A DNA stretch of 56,345 nt from a virus (IMGVR_UViG_3300009566_000006:1-56345); one strand, 5' to 3'; shown: positions 19,491-29,977, numbered from the stretch's first letter. Made by a program: numbers and translations. The notes: generated from the letters alone by a model not told the origin.

Positions 19491-21032
19491 TTAAGCTGAT
19501 TCAGTGGAAGCGCGAGTTATTTCAACGCTGGTTCCACCTTCAACATTAATTATGAATTTTTCAACGATGGACAGATACTTTACTTTCACATCGGCAACCT
19601 GGTAGCCCAATGCTACGCGGCTTGAAGGGTTGTTTGTGCTGTTGAGAGTCACCTGATAAGCAGCCCCGCCGTTCACGTCCCCAATCATTTCCTCTTGCTC
19701 CATATTGGCAAGGAACGTTACGAGCGTATTCTTTGCCTCAAGTCTCTCGCTGACAGTCTGAAGGCGCCCGATGAAAACCCCCATGCCGGCGTTTAGGGTT
19801 GCCGCGATATAGTTCGTCATGCGGGTGTAGTTATCGCCGTTGATTACCGCGCTGGAACTTCCGTTATGGCCTACCCTGCATGAAAAATACTTTCCGCCCG
19901 GAGAAGGGGACGCAATAACATCAATCCCCGCGTTTATCAGCTGTGCAAGTTCGGCATTTGAATAAACCTGGTTAAGATAGGATTTCTGCGTCCCGACAAT
20001 GCCGTAAATCTGCTTGTTAAGACTGGACTGTTCGGGGGACAGGTTTGCAAGTCTCCCGGCTACAAAACCCTGCGGGGACACAAGCCGGACCTGGCCGTTC
20101 GCAGTGTCATTCCAGTAGACCCAATCGCCCATAAGGAACTTAAACGCATAACTGTCATTTGAGCCCTTAGCGGTGATAGCTGCGGAGATCGCCTGTCCTG
20201 CCGTACCTACCAGGATCATGTAAATGCCTTCAGCCAGGCCAAACGTGACCTGTGTTGCATAGGAAGTCGAATCGTCACAATCGGCCAGGAATGCGACGCT
20301 TGCGCCGGTGTTTCTGAGCGCGTACATGCCGGTCCTGGTTGTCGTGTCGGTTCCGATCAGGACAGAGCCGGTTATTGTGGTGTTGCCGTCCGTGCCGCCC
20401 GTGGCCGTGTAAGTTGCTTCCGCAGGTGCCGCCGTTGATGTTCCGATGGTTGCTACCACCAGCTGAGAAGGACCGCGGAGCCCGGACTGACCATAATTGA
20501 TCGCGGTTACAATAGCCGCCCACAAGGTAGCCCCCGAGCCCTCAATATTGTCAAACACTTCAGGGACCTCACCCGGCATGGCTATTGAAACGCGCATGGT
20601 TCCGGATTTCGCGCCGGCCCCTACAACCGCTTGCATCTTGTTCCCATACGAGCCCGTGTATATGCTGGTCAGGGTAACGCCGGTAGCAGGGGTAGTAGCT
20701 CCGTCTTTGATATCCATTGAAGCGGCCACGTCTGTACCGTCCGTAACTCTAACTGCACGGAAATTCTTTGCCCCCTGCTGGATCGCTGTTGCTATTGCGG
20801 TCCCGAGATCGTATTTGCTGGTCTGGATAGGCCCGAAGGTCCGGGAGTATTGCGCCATGTCTGCAATCGTAACCGGGGAATTCTTCGGCCCCCACGTTGC
20901 AATTCCCACGACGCCCAAGATATCGGTTGAAACACCGTTCAGAAGCGTCACTTTGGGGGGAACGATCTGGATGTATAAATCCGGCACTATAAGAGCCGTT
21001 GTATTAAGTGAACCTTCCTGGAAAATTCCCAT
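19491..21032 (-). CDS. Tail sheath protein
   Basis: VPDLYIQ, GIATWGP and GGTDG motifs; 513 aa. Confidence 0.9.
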   Translation of the reverse strand: MGIFQEGSLNTTALIVPDLYIQIVPPKVTLLNGVSTDILGVVGIATWGPKNSPVTIADMAQYSRTFGPIQTSKYDLGTAIATAIQQGAKNFRAVRVTDGTDVAASMDIKDGATTPATGVTLTSIYTGSYGNKMQAVVGAGAKSGTMRVSIAMPGEVPEVFDNIEGSGATLWAAIVTAINYGQSGLRGPSQLVVATIGTSTAAPAEATYTATGGTDGNTTITGSVLIGTDTTTRTGMYALRNTGASVAFLADCDDSTSYATQVTFGLAEGIYMILVGTAGQAISAAITAKGSNDSYAFKFLMGDWVYWNDTANGQVRLVSPQGFVAGRLANLSPEQSSLNKQIYGIVGTQKSYLNQVYSNAELAQLINAGIDVIASPSPGGKYFSCRVGHNGSSSAVINGDNYTRMTNYIAATLNAGMGVFIGRLQTVSERLEAKNTLVTFLANMEQEEMIGDVNGGAAYQVTLNSTNNPSSRVALGYQVADVKVKYLSIVEKFIINVEGGTSVEITRASTESA

Positions 21033-21035
21033 TGC

Positions 21036-21173
21036 TTAACCCTCCTTTGCGACGCGGATAGTATTATGGTCCATGTTGGCTTTGATTATTTCCTCTATTT
21101 CCTTATCGTCCGTGATTCTGGCACCTTTTTGATACTTGCTAAACGGACTGAGTACAACAAGGTCAAAATTCAT
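21036..21173 (-). CDS. Small virion-operon protein (45 aa, not in ORF track)
   Basis: GGAGG RBS; MNFDLVVLSPFSKYQKGARITD...; fills the gap before the sheath gene. Confidence 0.6.
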   Translation of the reverse strand: MNFDLVVLSPFSKYQKGARITDDKEIEEIIKANMDHNTIRVAKEG

Positions 21174-21183
21174 TTTAAGCCTC

Positions 21184-21978
21184 CTATATCGAGCTTAATT
21201 CTGTGGTTATGGTGTTCCGGCCAATAGTGTAATTCGTTTCCGTTACAATGGTCGGGTACTCTACTGAATATATAAAATCCCTGCGATAGATCAGGGCCTT
21301 ATCAAGATCATCTGTCATTGGGGACCCCCTGTAAATCAACCGGCAACTGGAATCATCGGAAAGCGTGAACCGTTGAATAAGCGAAAGGGCCTGATCAATG
21401 GCTTGTGCTACTGTTTTCCTCAATGCCGGCGAGGGTGCCCATATTGTGATTTGGATATCACGCTCCTGCCGCCTGGTTTCCATTACTGAAGTCCCAGCGA
21501 CGATAACAACGGCTTCCAGCTCGTACACGTCCGGGAAAGTGATAACTGCGCCACTGGACGTTGCCCCGGTAAAAAGTGCTGCCAGGGCTGCGGCGATGCC
21601 ACTCAACGTGTCGGTCCCCTGGACCTGGTAAGCCTGAGTTTCACCATTGAAGGTAATCATGCAGGCTTGCGGGACGCTGACCGTGCCACTTACTGTTACC
21701 GTAGAACCTGAAGCGGTCAGGGTTAGAGTAGCGTCGTTTATCGTAGATTCCTGCCACTCTTTCGGAAAACGGGTAACGTTGCGTTCGTCCTGACGCGGGA
21801 AAATAGTAACGTGAACTTTCCCCGCTGCCAGGGCTGTGTTGAGATCCCGCGGAATAGGCCAGCCCGGATATATCTTTATATCGGCAGCTGCGATACTGGC
21901 CGCAGTTGTACCATTCGGATACACGGCGCTTTCAATCTCGTCCGAAAGATAATCAAGTATGTCCTCGATATCCGCCAT
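21184..21978 (-). CDS. Tail completion/terminator protein
   Basis: Position; IYPGWP and IYRRDFIYSVEYPT motifs. Confidence 0.65.
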   Translation of the reverse strand: MADIEDILDYLSDEIESAVYPNGTTAASIAAADIKIYPGWPIPRDLNTALAAGKVHVTIFPRQDERNVTRFPKEWQESTINDATLTLTASGSTVTVSGTVSVPQACMITFNGETQAYQVQGTDTLSGIAAALAALFTGATSSGAVITFPDVYELEAVVIVAGTSVMETRRQERDIQITIWAPSPALRKTVAQAIDQALSLIQRFTLSDDSSCRLIYRGSPMTDDLDKALIYRRDFIYSVEYPTIVTETNYTIGRNTITTELSSI

Positions 21979-22607
21979 TACGCACCTACAAGTCCGGCTG
22001 AAATTCTCCACCCTAGATCAGTCAATTCAGGGGAACTGACAGCATAGCGCCTTCCTAAATCGTCTATAATTATGTCCGTGGTCTGGATCGTTACGCCGGT
22101 AAAGAGGGGAAGTAAAATTGACCACCAGGGCATTTTTACATCGTCCGGCAGGTGTACCGGGTTTGTTTCCCCCTTTGTGCCTTGCAATATCGAACAGGGC
22201 CAGCCTGTCATTATAGCGGTAAGGGCTTTTGCGTCGTTGTAGCTCTGCGCCCCTACGTCGGCAGATCCAGACAACTCATAGACTGAAACAGTCCGATTGC
22301 AGGACACGCACAGGATAGGCAAAATGTGCTGTTGGGCTGCAATAAAAAAGGTTCCGGCGTCGCAAATCAAATAATCCCCTACTTGCGTTTCGCAACCATC
22401 AAAGAGCCCATACCAAATATTTTGACCGTATTTGTTCGGGTTCTCGAATCTGCCGCGCTGGTCGAAAGCGGCCAGGATCGTCCCAATTGCTGTACCTATC
22501 GGGCTCAAGGCATTGGTAGGCCGGTAAATACTTGCCGTTTCACCGATTCGAGTTGCGGCCTGGCCGTACCCTGCATAAATTTTATCCTGTACTGTTGCGC
22601 CGTCCAT
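21978..22607 (-). CDS. Head closure/adaptor protein
   Basis: Position in the neck region. Confidence 0.55.
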   Translation of the reverse strand: MDGATVQDKIYAGYGQAATRIGETASIYRPTNALSPIGTAIGTILAAFDQRGRFENPNKYGQNIWYGLFDGCETQVGDYLICDAGTFFIAAQQHILPILCVSCNRTVSVYELSGSADVGAQSYNDAKALTAIMTGWPCSILQGTKGETNPVHLPDDVKMPWWSILLPLFTGVTIQTTDIIIDDLGRRYAVSSPELTDLGWRISAGLVGA

Positions 22608-22614
22608 TATACGA

Positions 22615-22998
22615 TTATACGATAAAACTGATTCCTTGATTTTGCTGGAGTCCCGGTCCTGCCGGGATTCCCAAAAATTGACACAAACTCATTCTGTACT
22701 GATTATAAAGATTGATCCTGTCCTGCACTTCGTTTCTGTTATGCTCCCACACCGCGGCTTTGTTCGTATCAAGGTTTGCGCTTGCGCTGACTATTGCGGC
22801 TTCAAGAGTCGCACAGTTCACTAAATAAGTTTCACGGACCAGGGTTTCTTCTGCGGTGGCTAAATTATTCATTCGGGATTCAAGTGTTAGATACCAACGT
22901 GTATAAATGTATCCTGTGTTTGAATAGTTTCCGCTTCCATACACGGGATATCCACAATGCCGCCGTATGTTTGTTTTTTCCTGGTCCGTGAAGCTCAT
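22615..22998 (-). CDS. Head-tail connector protein
   Basis: Position after the capsid gene; helical 127 aa. Confidence 0.55.
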   Translation of the reverse strand: MSFTDQEKTNIRRHCGYPVYGSGNYSNTGYIYTRWYLTLESRMNNLATAEETLVRETYLVNCATLEAAIVSASANLDTNKAAVWEHNRNEVQDRINLYNQYRMSLCQFLGIPAGPGLQQNQGISFIV

Positions 22999-23009
22999 TT
23001 CTTCGGCCC

Positions 23010-23282
23010 CTATATTTTGTCGTCCGCGGTTGCTTCCCGGAAATTGGCCCCGCGATTTACAAGTAGTTCAATTTCCGCCTGGTCAGTTACCTTCTGACCC
23101 TGCCGCCAATAGTTCAGAGCCCCGCTGTCGTCATAAAATCCGTGAGGCTGGATCATGACGATAGAAGGAAACTGATCTTTCGGCGGATCGGCAGAGCCGG
23201 AAGAAGGGGTTTCCGGTCCCTGCCCCGCCACGTCCTGTTCGGACGTACCAAGAATCTGACTTTTCTTATTTACCGCTTTCAT
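23010..23282 (-). CDS. Hypothetical head-region protein
   Basis: AAGGAG RBS; directly after the capsid gene. Confidence 0.5.
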   Translation of the reverse strand: MKAVNKKSQILGTSEQDVAGQGPETPSSGSADPPKDQFPSIVMIQPHGFYDDSGALNYWRQGQKVTDQAEIELLVNRGANFREATADDKI

Positions 23283-23304
23283 GGCGCTCCTTTTCCTTGC
23301 TTCT

Positions 23305-24663
23305 TTACTGGTAAAGCGGCTGCGAAGCGGATTCCAATATAACGGCCCTGCGGAGATACGAATTCGTCCCCGTGGGAATTATGGTCGTGTTCGCGGTCAT
23401 ATCGGACGGAAGCGCAAAGCCACCGATCCAGTACCAGGACTGAGCTATAATCTGCTGCAACCTGTCCAGCGGTTCGCGTGTGACCATTGCAATGCCGTTT
23501 ATCATTTCGATAAGGGCATTATTCCCGGCAATATCGGAATGGGCGATATTTTTGTAATCGCCCTCGATGATCGCACCCTGACCGCACACGATAGCGCGCT
23601 TGATCGCCATACTGTCACTTGCTCTGGTTTCCTGCGGCGCCTCAGTCGTGGGAAGAAAGCGGACGCCAAGCAATGCCTCAACCTTGGCATCTTCATATTC
23701 CTTTGTCTTATACTGCCCATGATAAGCGTTCTGGAATTCGGAATCCTGGTAAAGCTGCTGCACATGATCGTTATCCAGATAGCAGTTATAGGCCCCGCTT
23801 TCCCCAACACCGGGAACGTTATTATCCCTGAGATATGCGACGGCGCGGTTAATCCAGCGCATTGTCAAAAGGTCGGAATTGGACACAAGGGCTTCTTTGG
23901 TTGCCCTGCGAACACCCGCCGCACCGGTACGAACAATCAGAGGGGCGACACCTGAACGGACTTCTTTATACACAGTGCCGTTGGCAACAGAAACGTTTGC
24001 CGAAAAAGTAAGGGTCCCGGAGATTCCGCCATGCGCTATCAGCGAAGATACATTAGTCACATCCGCCGTCGCCGCAACCAACGTGTAGGCAGTACCATTT
24101 ACAAGGCATGCCATTGTCTTTGTTGCACTCACGGCGGTAGGAACACCATTGTCTATGATGTACTGAAAACCGACAATGTTATCGACGGCAATGGTCGTTC
24201 CGGGCGCTGCGAGAGTAGCGGTTACGTGAGTATTGCCGCCAAGATACCCGGCATAAAGGGTCTTTCGGGCAAGCCGGTCAAGGGACTGCGCGGCCTGTCG
24301 ACCGTTGACATAAGCGTTCTGGACAAACTGCGACGCGATACCGACGCCCTGAGTAACCATATTCAGGTCAATGGTGTCGCCGTACAGACCAATCCCGAGA
24401 GTGTACTGTTCGACGCTGTAGCCGGACGAAGTAAGACCGTTATCCAGGCCGGTATTGCTGGCCGCGGTAATCGGGGTTTCAATGGGGGCCTTGAGCCCTG
24501 CCCTGGTCTTGGTTACGGTTTCACCGATTTTGTTGGGGAAGTCCTCCCGGTCGCAAATCTGCCTGAATGCAAGGATAGATTCGAGGCCCCTAAGAAACTG
24601 CCTGTTAAGAAAATTCTGCTGAATGATCGGCTGTAATGCCGCGGGAAATGCTTGAATACCCAT
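23305..24663 (-). CDS. Major capsid protein
   Basis: 452 aa after the scaffold gene; C-terminal EPLDRLQQ...WY; AAGGAG RBS. Confidence 0.85.
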   Translation of the reverse strand: MGIQAFPAALQPIIQQNFLNRQFLRGLESILAFRQICDREDFPNKIGETVTKTRAGLKAPIETPITAASNTGLDNGLTSSGYSVEQYTLGIGLYGDTIDLNMVTQGVGIASQFVQNAYVNGRQAAQSLDRLARKTLYAGYLGGNTHVTATLAAPGTTIAVDNIVGFQYIIDNGVPTAVSATKTMACLVNGTAYTLVAATADVTNVSSLIAHGGISGTLTFSANVSVANGTVYKEVRSGVAPLIVRTGAAGVRRATKEALVSNSDLLTMRWINRAVAYLRDNNVPGVGESGAYNCYLDNDHVQQLYQDSEFQNAYHGQYKTKEYEDAKVEALLGVRFLPTTEAPQETRASDSMAIKRAIVCGQGAIIEGDYKNIAHSDIAGNNALIEMINGIAMVTREPLDRLQQIIAQSWYWIGGFALPSDMTANTTIIPTGTNSYLRRAVILESASQPLYQ

Positions 24664-24783
24664 GATGTTCGCTCCTTTGTAAAGTTAATGAGTTTGAGAA
24701 AAATTCTCGATTAACCCTGAAGCGCCCGGCTCATGGGCTGACAGTTCCAGACTGTCGGAGAAATGTTTATTTCAAAAGGGGGA

Positions 24784-25335
24784 TCATCCCCCTGCTTTTT
24801 TAATTGCCTCCGCTAATGCTGCCTTGTAATCTGTTGCCGAAAGTTTCATTGCGTCGTTTTTTTCGTCCTTGTCTTTGCCCGGCGTCTGGTGCTGCCCCGT
24901 TGTGGAATCAACAGGCTTTCCAAACGCATACGGCTTCGATTCCTTTAATGCCTTAAGTAAATCATCGGCACCCTCAAGATTACCTTTATCATCGAATTTC
25001 AATTTCGACAAGTCGGCAAGTTTTAAAATATCGGGGTCAACAAGACCCTGTTTTACCGCAACAGCTTTCAGTTCGGCCAGGATCAGTTTTCCACTGTGAT
25101 CCTTGCTCATGGTTTCGATTGCCGCCTTGTTGTCCGTGTCCATTTTCTTCAGATCATCCGTGAGCTTGATTACCTGCTTGTTGGATTCGTCTTTATCCTT
25201 CACGGCCTGGTCACGCTCCGCTTTCAGATTCGCATTCTCGGTTGCCAGTTCATTGTTTTTGATCCTGGCCTTCGCGTTTTCGTCCCTGAGTTTCGTTATT
25301 TCCTTTTCCGCATCTTCGAGTGTAGCAAAGGACAT
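24784..25335 (-). CDS. Capsid scaffolding protein
   Basis: Coiled coil plus LKESKPYAF motif upstream of the capsid gene. Confidence 0.85.
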   Translation of the reverse strand: MSFATLEDAEKEITKLRDENAKARIKNNELATENANLKAERDQAVKDKDESNKQVIKLTDDLKKMDTDNKAAIETMSKDHSGKLILAELKAVAVKQGLVDPDILKLADLSKLKFDDKGNLEGADDLLKALKESKPYAFGKPVDSTTGQHQTPGKDKDEKNDAMKLSATDYKAALAEAIKKAGG

Positions 25336-25396
25336 CAAGTCCCTCCTTTTCTGTGGAATCTATCCACAATGTAATTATATAAAATAGTGCCAGGTT

Positions 25397-25774
25397 TCAC
25401 ATTCCTGACACGTAGCACGCCACTGAAGGCACAATTTCTGTCACATAGGGGGAAATATAGAACACATTTGCTTTCCCGGCATATATAGGCTCAATCATTG
25501 TGTTTGTTGCATCGGCGTTATAAGTTATAATTCCATTGGTCACGGGGAAAAAGGTTATCGCTGTATAACCCGCTATGTTGTGATCCCCGCCATATCCGAT
25601 TTTGAGAACCTTACCAGCCGTAATATACCCTAAGCATTTGTTGGGGTCCGTCGCATATGCCTGGATGGGTACGTTAACACCGTCGCGGACCAACTGGCCC
25701 CCGATTGCGAAGTTGATAAGCCCGGCCAAGACCAGGACAAAAACGATGATTGAAAAAATTCCGGCTTTACGCAT
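25397..25774 (-). CDS. Hypothetical exported/membrane-anchored protein
   Basis: N-terminal signal or TM segment MRKAGIFSIIVFVLVLAG. Confidence 0.55.
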   Translation of the reverse strand: MRKAGIFSIIVFVLVLAGLINFAIGGQLVRDGVNVPIQAYATDPNKCLGYITAGKVLKIGYGGDHNIAGYTAITFFPVTNGIITYNADATNTMIEPIYAGKANVFYISPYVTEIVPSVACYVSGM

Positions 25775-27263
25775 TTGTATTTTCTCTTTCTTTGGGCTTA
25801 TTTTCAGTTTTGGGCTTAGTCGCTTCGGACAGCTTTTTTTTAAATTCAACGTCCGTCTCTATTTCGCTCATTTCGGTGTCAATGTCCTCAATGTCGTAAT
25901 CAGGGGCAATGCTGCGAACGGCGGTCTTACGGCTAAGGTTTCCTTTATCGGTCAGTTCATTAACAGCTTGCGCTTTGGTTAAAAGATCCTGAGCTGTAGG
26001 AGCATACCAGGCAGGCCATTCAAGAGTAAGTTGCACGTCCTTTTTAATCGGCTGAATCTCTCTCCCTTTGATTTTGAGCTTGTAAATATTGGAAGCCTGG
26101 ACCACCATTTTAAGGAGATTCAGCAAAGCCCCTTCACCATAGGAAACTTTCAGTGTGTCGGCCAGGGAAATAAGGTCTTGGTTCATCATTTCCATTGCCC
26201 GGCCTGATTGAGCTACGCTAATTTTCTCCGCGTTGGATCTGTTGCCGCGGACTGCTTCAAGGGCAAATTCTCTCAGGGTCTTGACGTATTCAATGACTGC
26301 CTTAGATGCCTTCCCGCTGATTTCCAAAAGCTTCGCGTCGCCTTCCTCCTGGACTACAATGGCATTCGCGGCCCCCTTGACCTGCGCGCCGTCCCCAAAC
26401 ATGGGTTTTTTGATAAGTACGGTAGGATCGGACGAATACTTGAGCCCCCGACCATCTTGGGAGAGCATGTATTCAATTTCAATCTGATCGTCTATCGCGC
26501 CGGTTGCTTCGGAAAAGGTACATTCGCCGTCTATATCGTCGCCGCCCGGCAGGTTTTTAATCCATTCAATAGGAACGAAATTCAGATTATGCTCCGTTGT
26601 CCGGTCAGGGTCCTCCACAAAAGATTTGCCGTCCTTCCAATCAGAATACTTAAGGGGTGCATAATAGATTTCCTTTGCATCGGTCCATTCCCGTTTGAAC
26701 CAATATTTTTCTCCGTCCCCGATTTCCTTTGGAATGTCATAACCAGCTGTTCGTAATTGTTTTGCCGTGGTCTTGTACTGTTCATAAACGGATTCAAGCG
26801 TGTCGGGGGCATCCTTGCTCCATACAGGAGTTAGAAAATGAGTTTCCATGACCCTGAAGAAAATCCGGCCTTTGATTACCTGAAAAAGTATAGCGACGCT
26901 GCCAACGGAGCCCTTAAGTCCGGCGTCGAGCATGATCTCGTTAAGCCTGGTTTCTTTAACCAGGTCGGCCATGATCCTGATCGTTTCAGGATCTTTAACA
27001 ACGTTGATCGTCGGAAAGTGACCGGCTGAAAATAAGAGCCCTACAGAATCCGCGGCAACCTTCCGGCACAGGTTGTAACGGACGGAGGGGCGCCGATCCT
27101 TCAAGGGTATATATTCCGCGTTTTCGAGCCGTTCCATCCAGAAAGGATAGTCCAGCACATCGTATAATTTACCTTTCAGGACGCGCTGGTACAGGTCAAT
27201 CGTATAGCGGCGTTCGGGATAATCCGGATCTTTGGCTATTTTGTCTGAAAGCGTTTGAAGCAT
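25767..27263 (-). CDS. Portal protein (SPP1 gp6-like)
   Basis: About 500 aa after TerL; HNLNFVPI and SGRAM motifs. Confidence 0.88.
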   Translation of the reverse strand: MLQTLSDKIAKDPDYPERRYTIDLYQRVLKGKLYDVLDYPFWMERLENAEYIPLKDRRPSVRYNLCRKVAADSVGLLFSAGHFPTINVVKDPETIRIMADLVKETRLNEIMLDAGLKGSVGSVAILFQVIKGRIFFRVMETHFLTPVWSKDAPDTLESVYEQYKTTAKQLRTAGYDIPKEIGDGEKYWFKREWTDAKEIYYAPLKYSDWKDGKSFVEDPDRTTEHNLNFVPIEWIKNLPGGDDIDGECTFSEATGAIDDQIEIEYMLSQDGRGLKYSSDPTVLIKKPMFGDGAQVKGAANAIVVQEEGDAKLLEISGKASKAVIEYVKTLREFALEAVRGNRSNAEKISVAQSGRAMEMMNQDLISLADTLKVSYGEGALLNLLKMVVQASNIYKLKIKGREIQPIKKDVQLTLEWPAWYAPTAQDLLTKAQAVNELTDKGNLSRKTAVRSIAPDYDIEDIDTEMSEIETDVEFKKKLSEATKPKTENKPKERENTNA

Positions 27264-27328
27264 AGGCACCCGTGCTTGTGTTTGATTAAATAAACGCTAA
27301 TTTTACCGATCTGTCAATAGAAAATAGC

Positions 27329-28921
27329 CTACCTTTGGAAAGCGAGCCCGATGTTTACCGAATTGTCCTCTTGTCTGATCGGCTGAAAGCGATACTCTTT
27401 GAACATATCGTAAGCGTAAGCGATCATGTCCAGGATATCGACGTGAAAGAAGGGAAATTTCATCATTTCTTCGATTATGCCGTCTATGTATTTCTTCGGG
27501 ATCGCTCTGGAATAGTGAATCTTGCCGTTATCAAGGGGCCATTGCAGCGCTGATTCAACCCGTTTTTCCTTTGATCGGTTCGCTGGCCGCAACAGGACCA
27601 GGTTTCCGGCTTCCTGTGATAGCCTGCGGCCCCTGGCCCTCAAGGCGTTTGCTATATGGATTTCAGTTGTCGAGAGTCCCACCTTTTCAACTCCCATTTG
27701 CATAATCATACCGTTACGCAAGTACATACGGGTAACGCCGTCTATGCCTTCCCCGTGGCTCATTTTATCGGCTTCCACGTCCAGGAGGTACACGTTCGAC
27801 TGACCGATATCGTCAATCAGGGGCTCTATGGCGATACATGCAAAGGACCACTTATCTATGCTCTGTTTGTCCGTTTCGTCGCCCCCCGCCTGGTCCAGCA
27901 CCATGAACTTGTAAACGTCGCGGGGGATGAACTGCGGCTCTATGGGCTTGAGCATTGTCGGGTCAAGCTTGATATCTGATAAGGGTGTCGGATCGCATAA
28001 TTGCTGACTGTTAAAGTGCTGTGACATTTTCAGTTTATTCAACCTTTCCTGAGATAGTAAAACAGGTTTTCCGTCTTTGGTTCCGTCGTGGGTAGCCGCT
28101 TTGATCCGGGTAACATACATCGGGTTTCCCTGTTCGTCTTTTTTGTCCCGGATCTTCACCAGCGGCCCGAAATGGCTGTAAAAGGTGCCGGTAACTCGCT
28201 CGATTCCACCGTCAACGCCCAAGTTGTCGCTCATTTCAAATTTGCTGTAGCACTTTGTAAGCATATCAGGGGAGTCCCGGATATCGTCCGTTTCTATATC
28301 GTCATAAATCCGGCGCTCAAAGTGCCGGCTGGTCGGCATACCTTCAATGAGGCCCCAGGCTTCAATAGTGGATTCCTTCCGGCTGGCTGACTGTCTTTTG
28401 AATATCAGCCCATCGTCTTCAGACCATTTCGGGGCCTCTGATTCCGGTTTGTTCCATAAGATATCCTGAAACAGCCACTTCAACCATTCGTTTTGTTCGC
28501 ACAGGATTTTATTGGACCTGAGAAACGCCTTTGCCACGGGCCGGACATAGGAGAATATCCCGGTGCAATGTTCAGGAAGCCTCAAATGGTATTGGAGCGT
28601 TTCGGCCTGTGTGATTGTCGTGGATTTAAAATGCTCCCTGGCCCAAATATCCAGGGTCCCGGTCTTCGGTCCAAGCTGTAGGTCCTGCGCTGCCTGGACC
28701 ACAAACGGGTGATTGGCCTTTTCTATTCCCATGACGAACATTACAATGAAAAACAGGTCGTCCAGGACCAAGGACCGGAACATTTCGCGCTCAGGCCGGT
28801 ACTTGTTGGCGATCAGGCTGAAAATCCGCTTGTAGTCGTGCATATAAACGGCCTTGTGAACAGCCGGGTCGAATTCCGCCTTGTTCATGGCTATGTCAGG
28901 GTGTTGCTCAAATCGAATCAT
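27329..28921 (-). CDS. Terminase large subunit
   Basis: AREHFKST Walker A-like, IYDD Walker B, RNase H-type LDQA...DILD. Confidence 0.9.
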   Translation of the reverse strand: MIRFEQHPDIAMNKAEFDPAVHKAVYMHDYKRIFSLIANKYRPEREMFRSLVLDDLFFIVMFVMGIEKANHPFVVQAAQDLQLGPKTGTLDIWAREHFKSTTITQAETLQYHLRLPEHCTGIFSYVRPVAKAFLRSNKILCEQNEWLKWLFQDILWNKPESEAPKWSEDDGLIFKRQSASRKESTIEAWGLIEGMPTSRHFERRIYDDIETDDIRDSPDMLTKCYSKFEMSDNLGVDGGIERVTGTFYSHFGPLVKIRDKKDEQGNPMYVTRIKAATHDGTKDGKPVLLSQERLNKLKMSQHFNSQQLCDPTPLSDIKLDPTMLKPIEPQFIPRDVYKFMVLDQAGGDETDKQSIDKWSFACIAIEPLIDDIGQSNVYLLDVEADKMSHGEGIDGVTRMYLRNGMIMQMGVEKVGLSTTEIHIANALRARGRRLSQEAGNLVLLRPANRSKEKRVESALQWPLDNGKIHYSRAIPKKYIDGIIEEMMKFPFFHVDILDMIAYAYDMFKEYRFQPIRQEDNSVNIGLAFQR

Positions 28922-29205
28922 TGCAGCCTATCCGCCCTTTTAATCGCACGGGCCAGGGATCGCTTATATCCGCCCTGCGTCATTACCAACGCGCTCTTGA
29001 GATACCGGCCAGGAAACGCCAATTTTACGCACGGCGCCTGTGTCGTGGAGTGAAACCGGGCATGCTCGTCAAACCAAATCTTCTTACCACAAGGCATGAC
29101 ACAGAAATACGGGCCGCGGTCATATCCCCTACCCTGCAAATCCTTAATCATCAGAGAAACAAACGGATCTGGACTTTTCCCTATCATTGCTTTACCTTTC
29201 TTCAA
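28918..29205 (-). CDS. Hypothetical protein
   Basis: Overlapping co-oriented ORF. Confidence 0.45.
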   Translation of the reverse strand: MKKGKAMIGKSPDPFVSLMIKDLQGRGYDRGPYFCVMPCGKKIWFDEHARFHSTTQAPCVKLAFPGRYLKSALVMTQGGYKRSLARAIKRADRLQ

Positions 29206-29446
29206 AATCGCCGTTCATAAGCTTATGTAAAAACTGCGATACCATGAAATTTGTCTCGTATTTATCCGCGAAATTGGCCGCGTAATAAGAATTTCCCTCT
29301 TTATCAACGCCGATGATTAAAACCTTCTCGCAAACCTCCTTAGCCGCATCACAAACCCGATCAACCGGAAGATTCAGCGTAGATCGATTATTGAGAACGA
29401 TAATATTTTCTTTCCTTCTGGTTTCAGGGCTCTTTGCTGCCATCAA
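29192..29446 (-). CDS. Hypothetical phage protein
   Basis: GGAGG RBS; VLIIGVDKEG motif. Confidence 0.6.
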   Translation of the reverse strand: MMAAKSPETRRKENIIVLNNRSTLNLPVDRVCDAAKEVCEKVLIIGVDKEGNSYYAANFADKYETNFMVSQFLHKLMNGDFEER

Positions 29447-29636
29447 AATCCTCCCCCATCTTCAGACATTCCGCCGTTGGCTGATTTTCCTCAGATTTGA
29501 AAAACTCACAGGGCTCAAACGGCCCCCCGAGCGCCACATGGAAGCAATTCCGATTCAACGGGCAACCAGGATAGCTAAAACCCGTAACCATACGATTGAT
29601 TTCCACACCTTTAAACTTGTTCGGATCTAGGTTCAT
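29424..29636 (-). CDS. Cys-containing hypothetical protein
   Basis: GAGGGAG RBS before MNLDPNK; four Cys. Confidence 0.45.
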   Translation of the reverse strand: MNLDPNKFKGVEINRMVTGFSYPGCPLNRNCFHVALGGPFEPCEFFKSEENQPTAECLKMGEDFDGSKEP

Positions 29637-29977
29637 TGTTTCTCCCTCGCTTTGTAACGTCTGTAACGGTAAGTTGAACTCTGAAAAAATATCGCGCACC
29701 TGGATAGCGGGTTGAGTGGCCGGTTGAGATGTTGAATTCAATACCATAGGGGGCTGTTTTCTCATTAACCAGGTCTGGATTAATGCTTTGCATGCAAACG
29801 TCCTATAAGCGATAAAGTGTAAACTAAACGCCGGTCAGTGGTCATGCTCTAACACCTTGATTATATTTGCTTTTACTCATTTTACGTGCAGTCTTACCCT
29901 GTAATCTCTTTGAGTAGGCTTTATATCGGCCATTGCCACCCCTGGACCTGTAGGAGAATTGCGTTAAGCAGATATAC

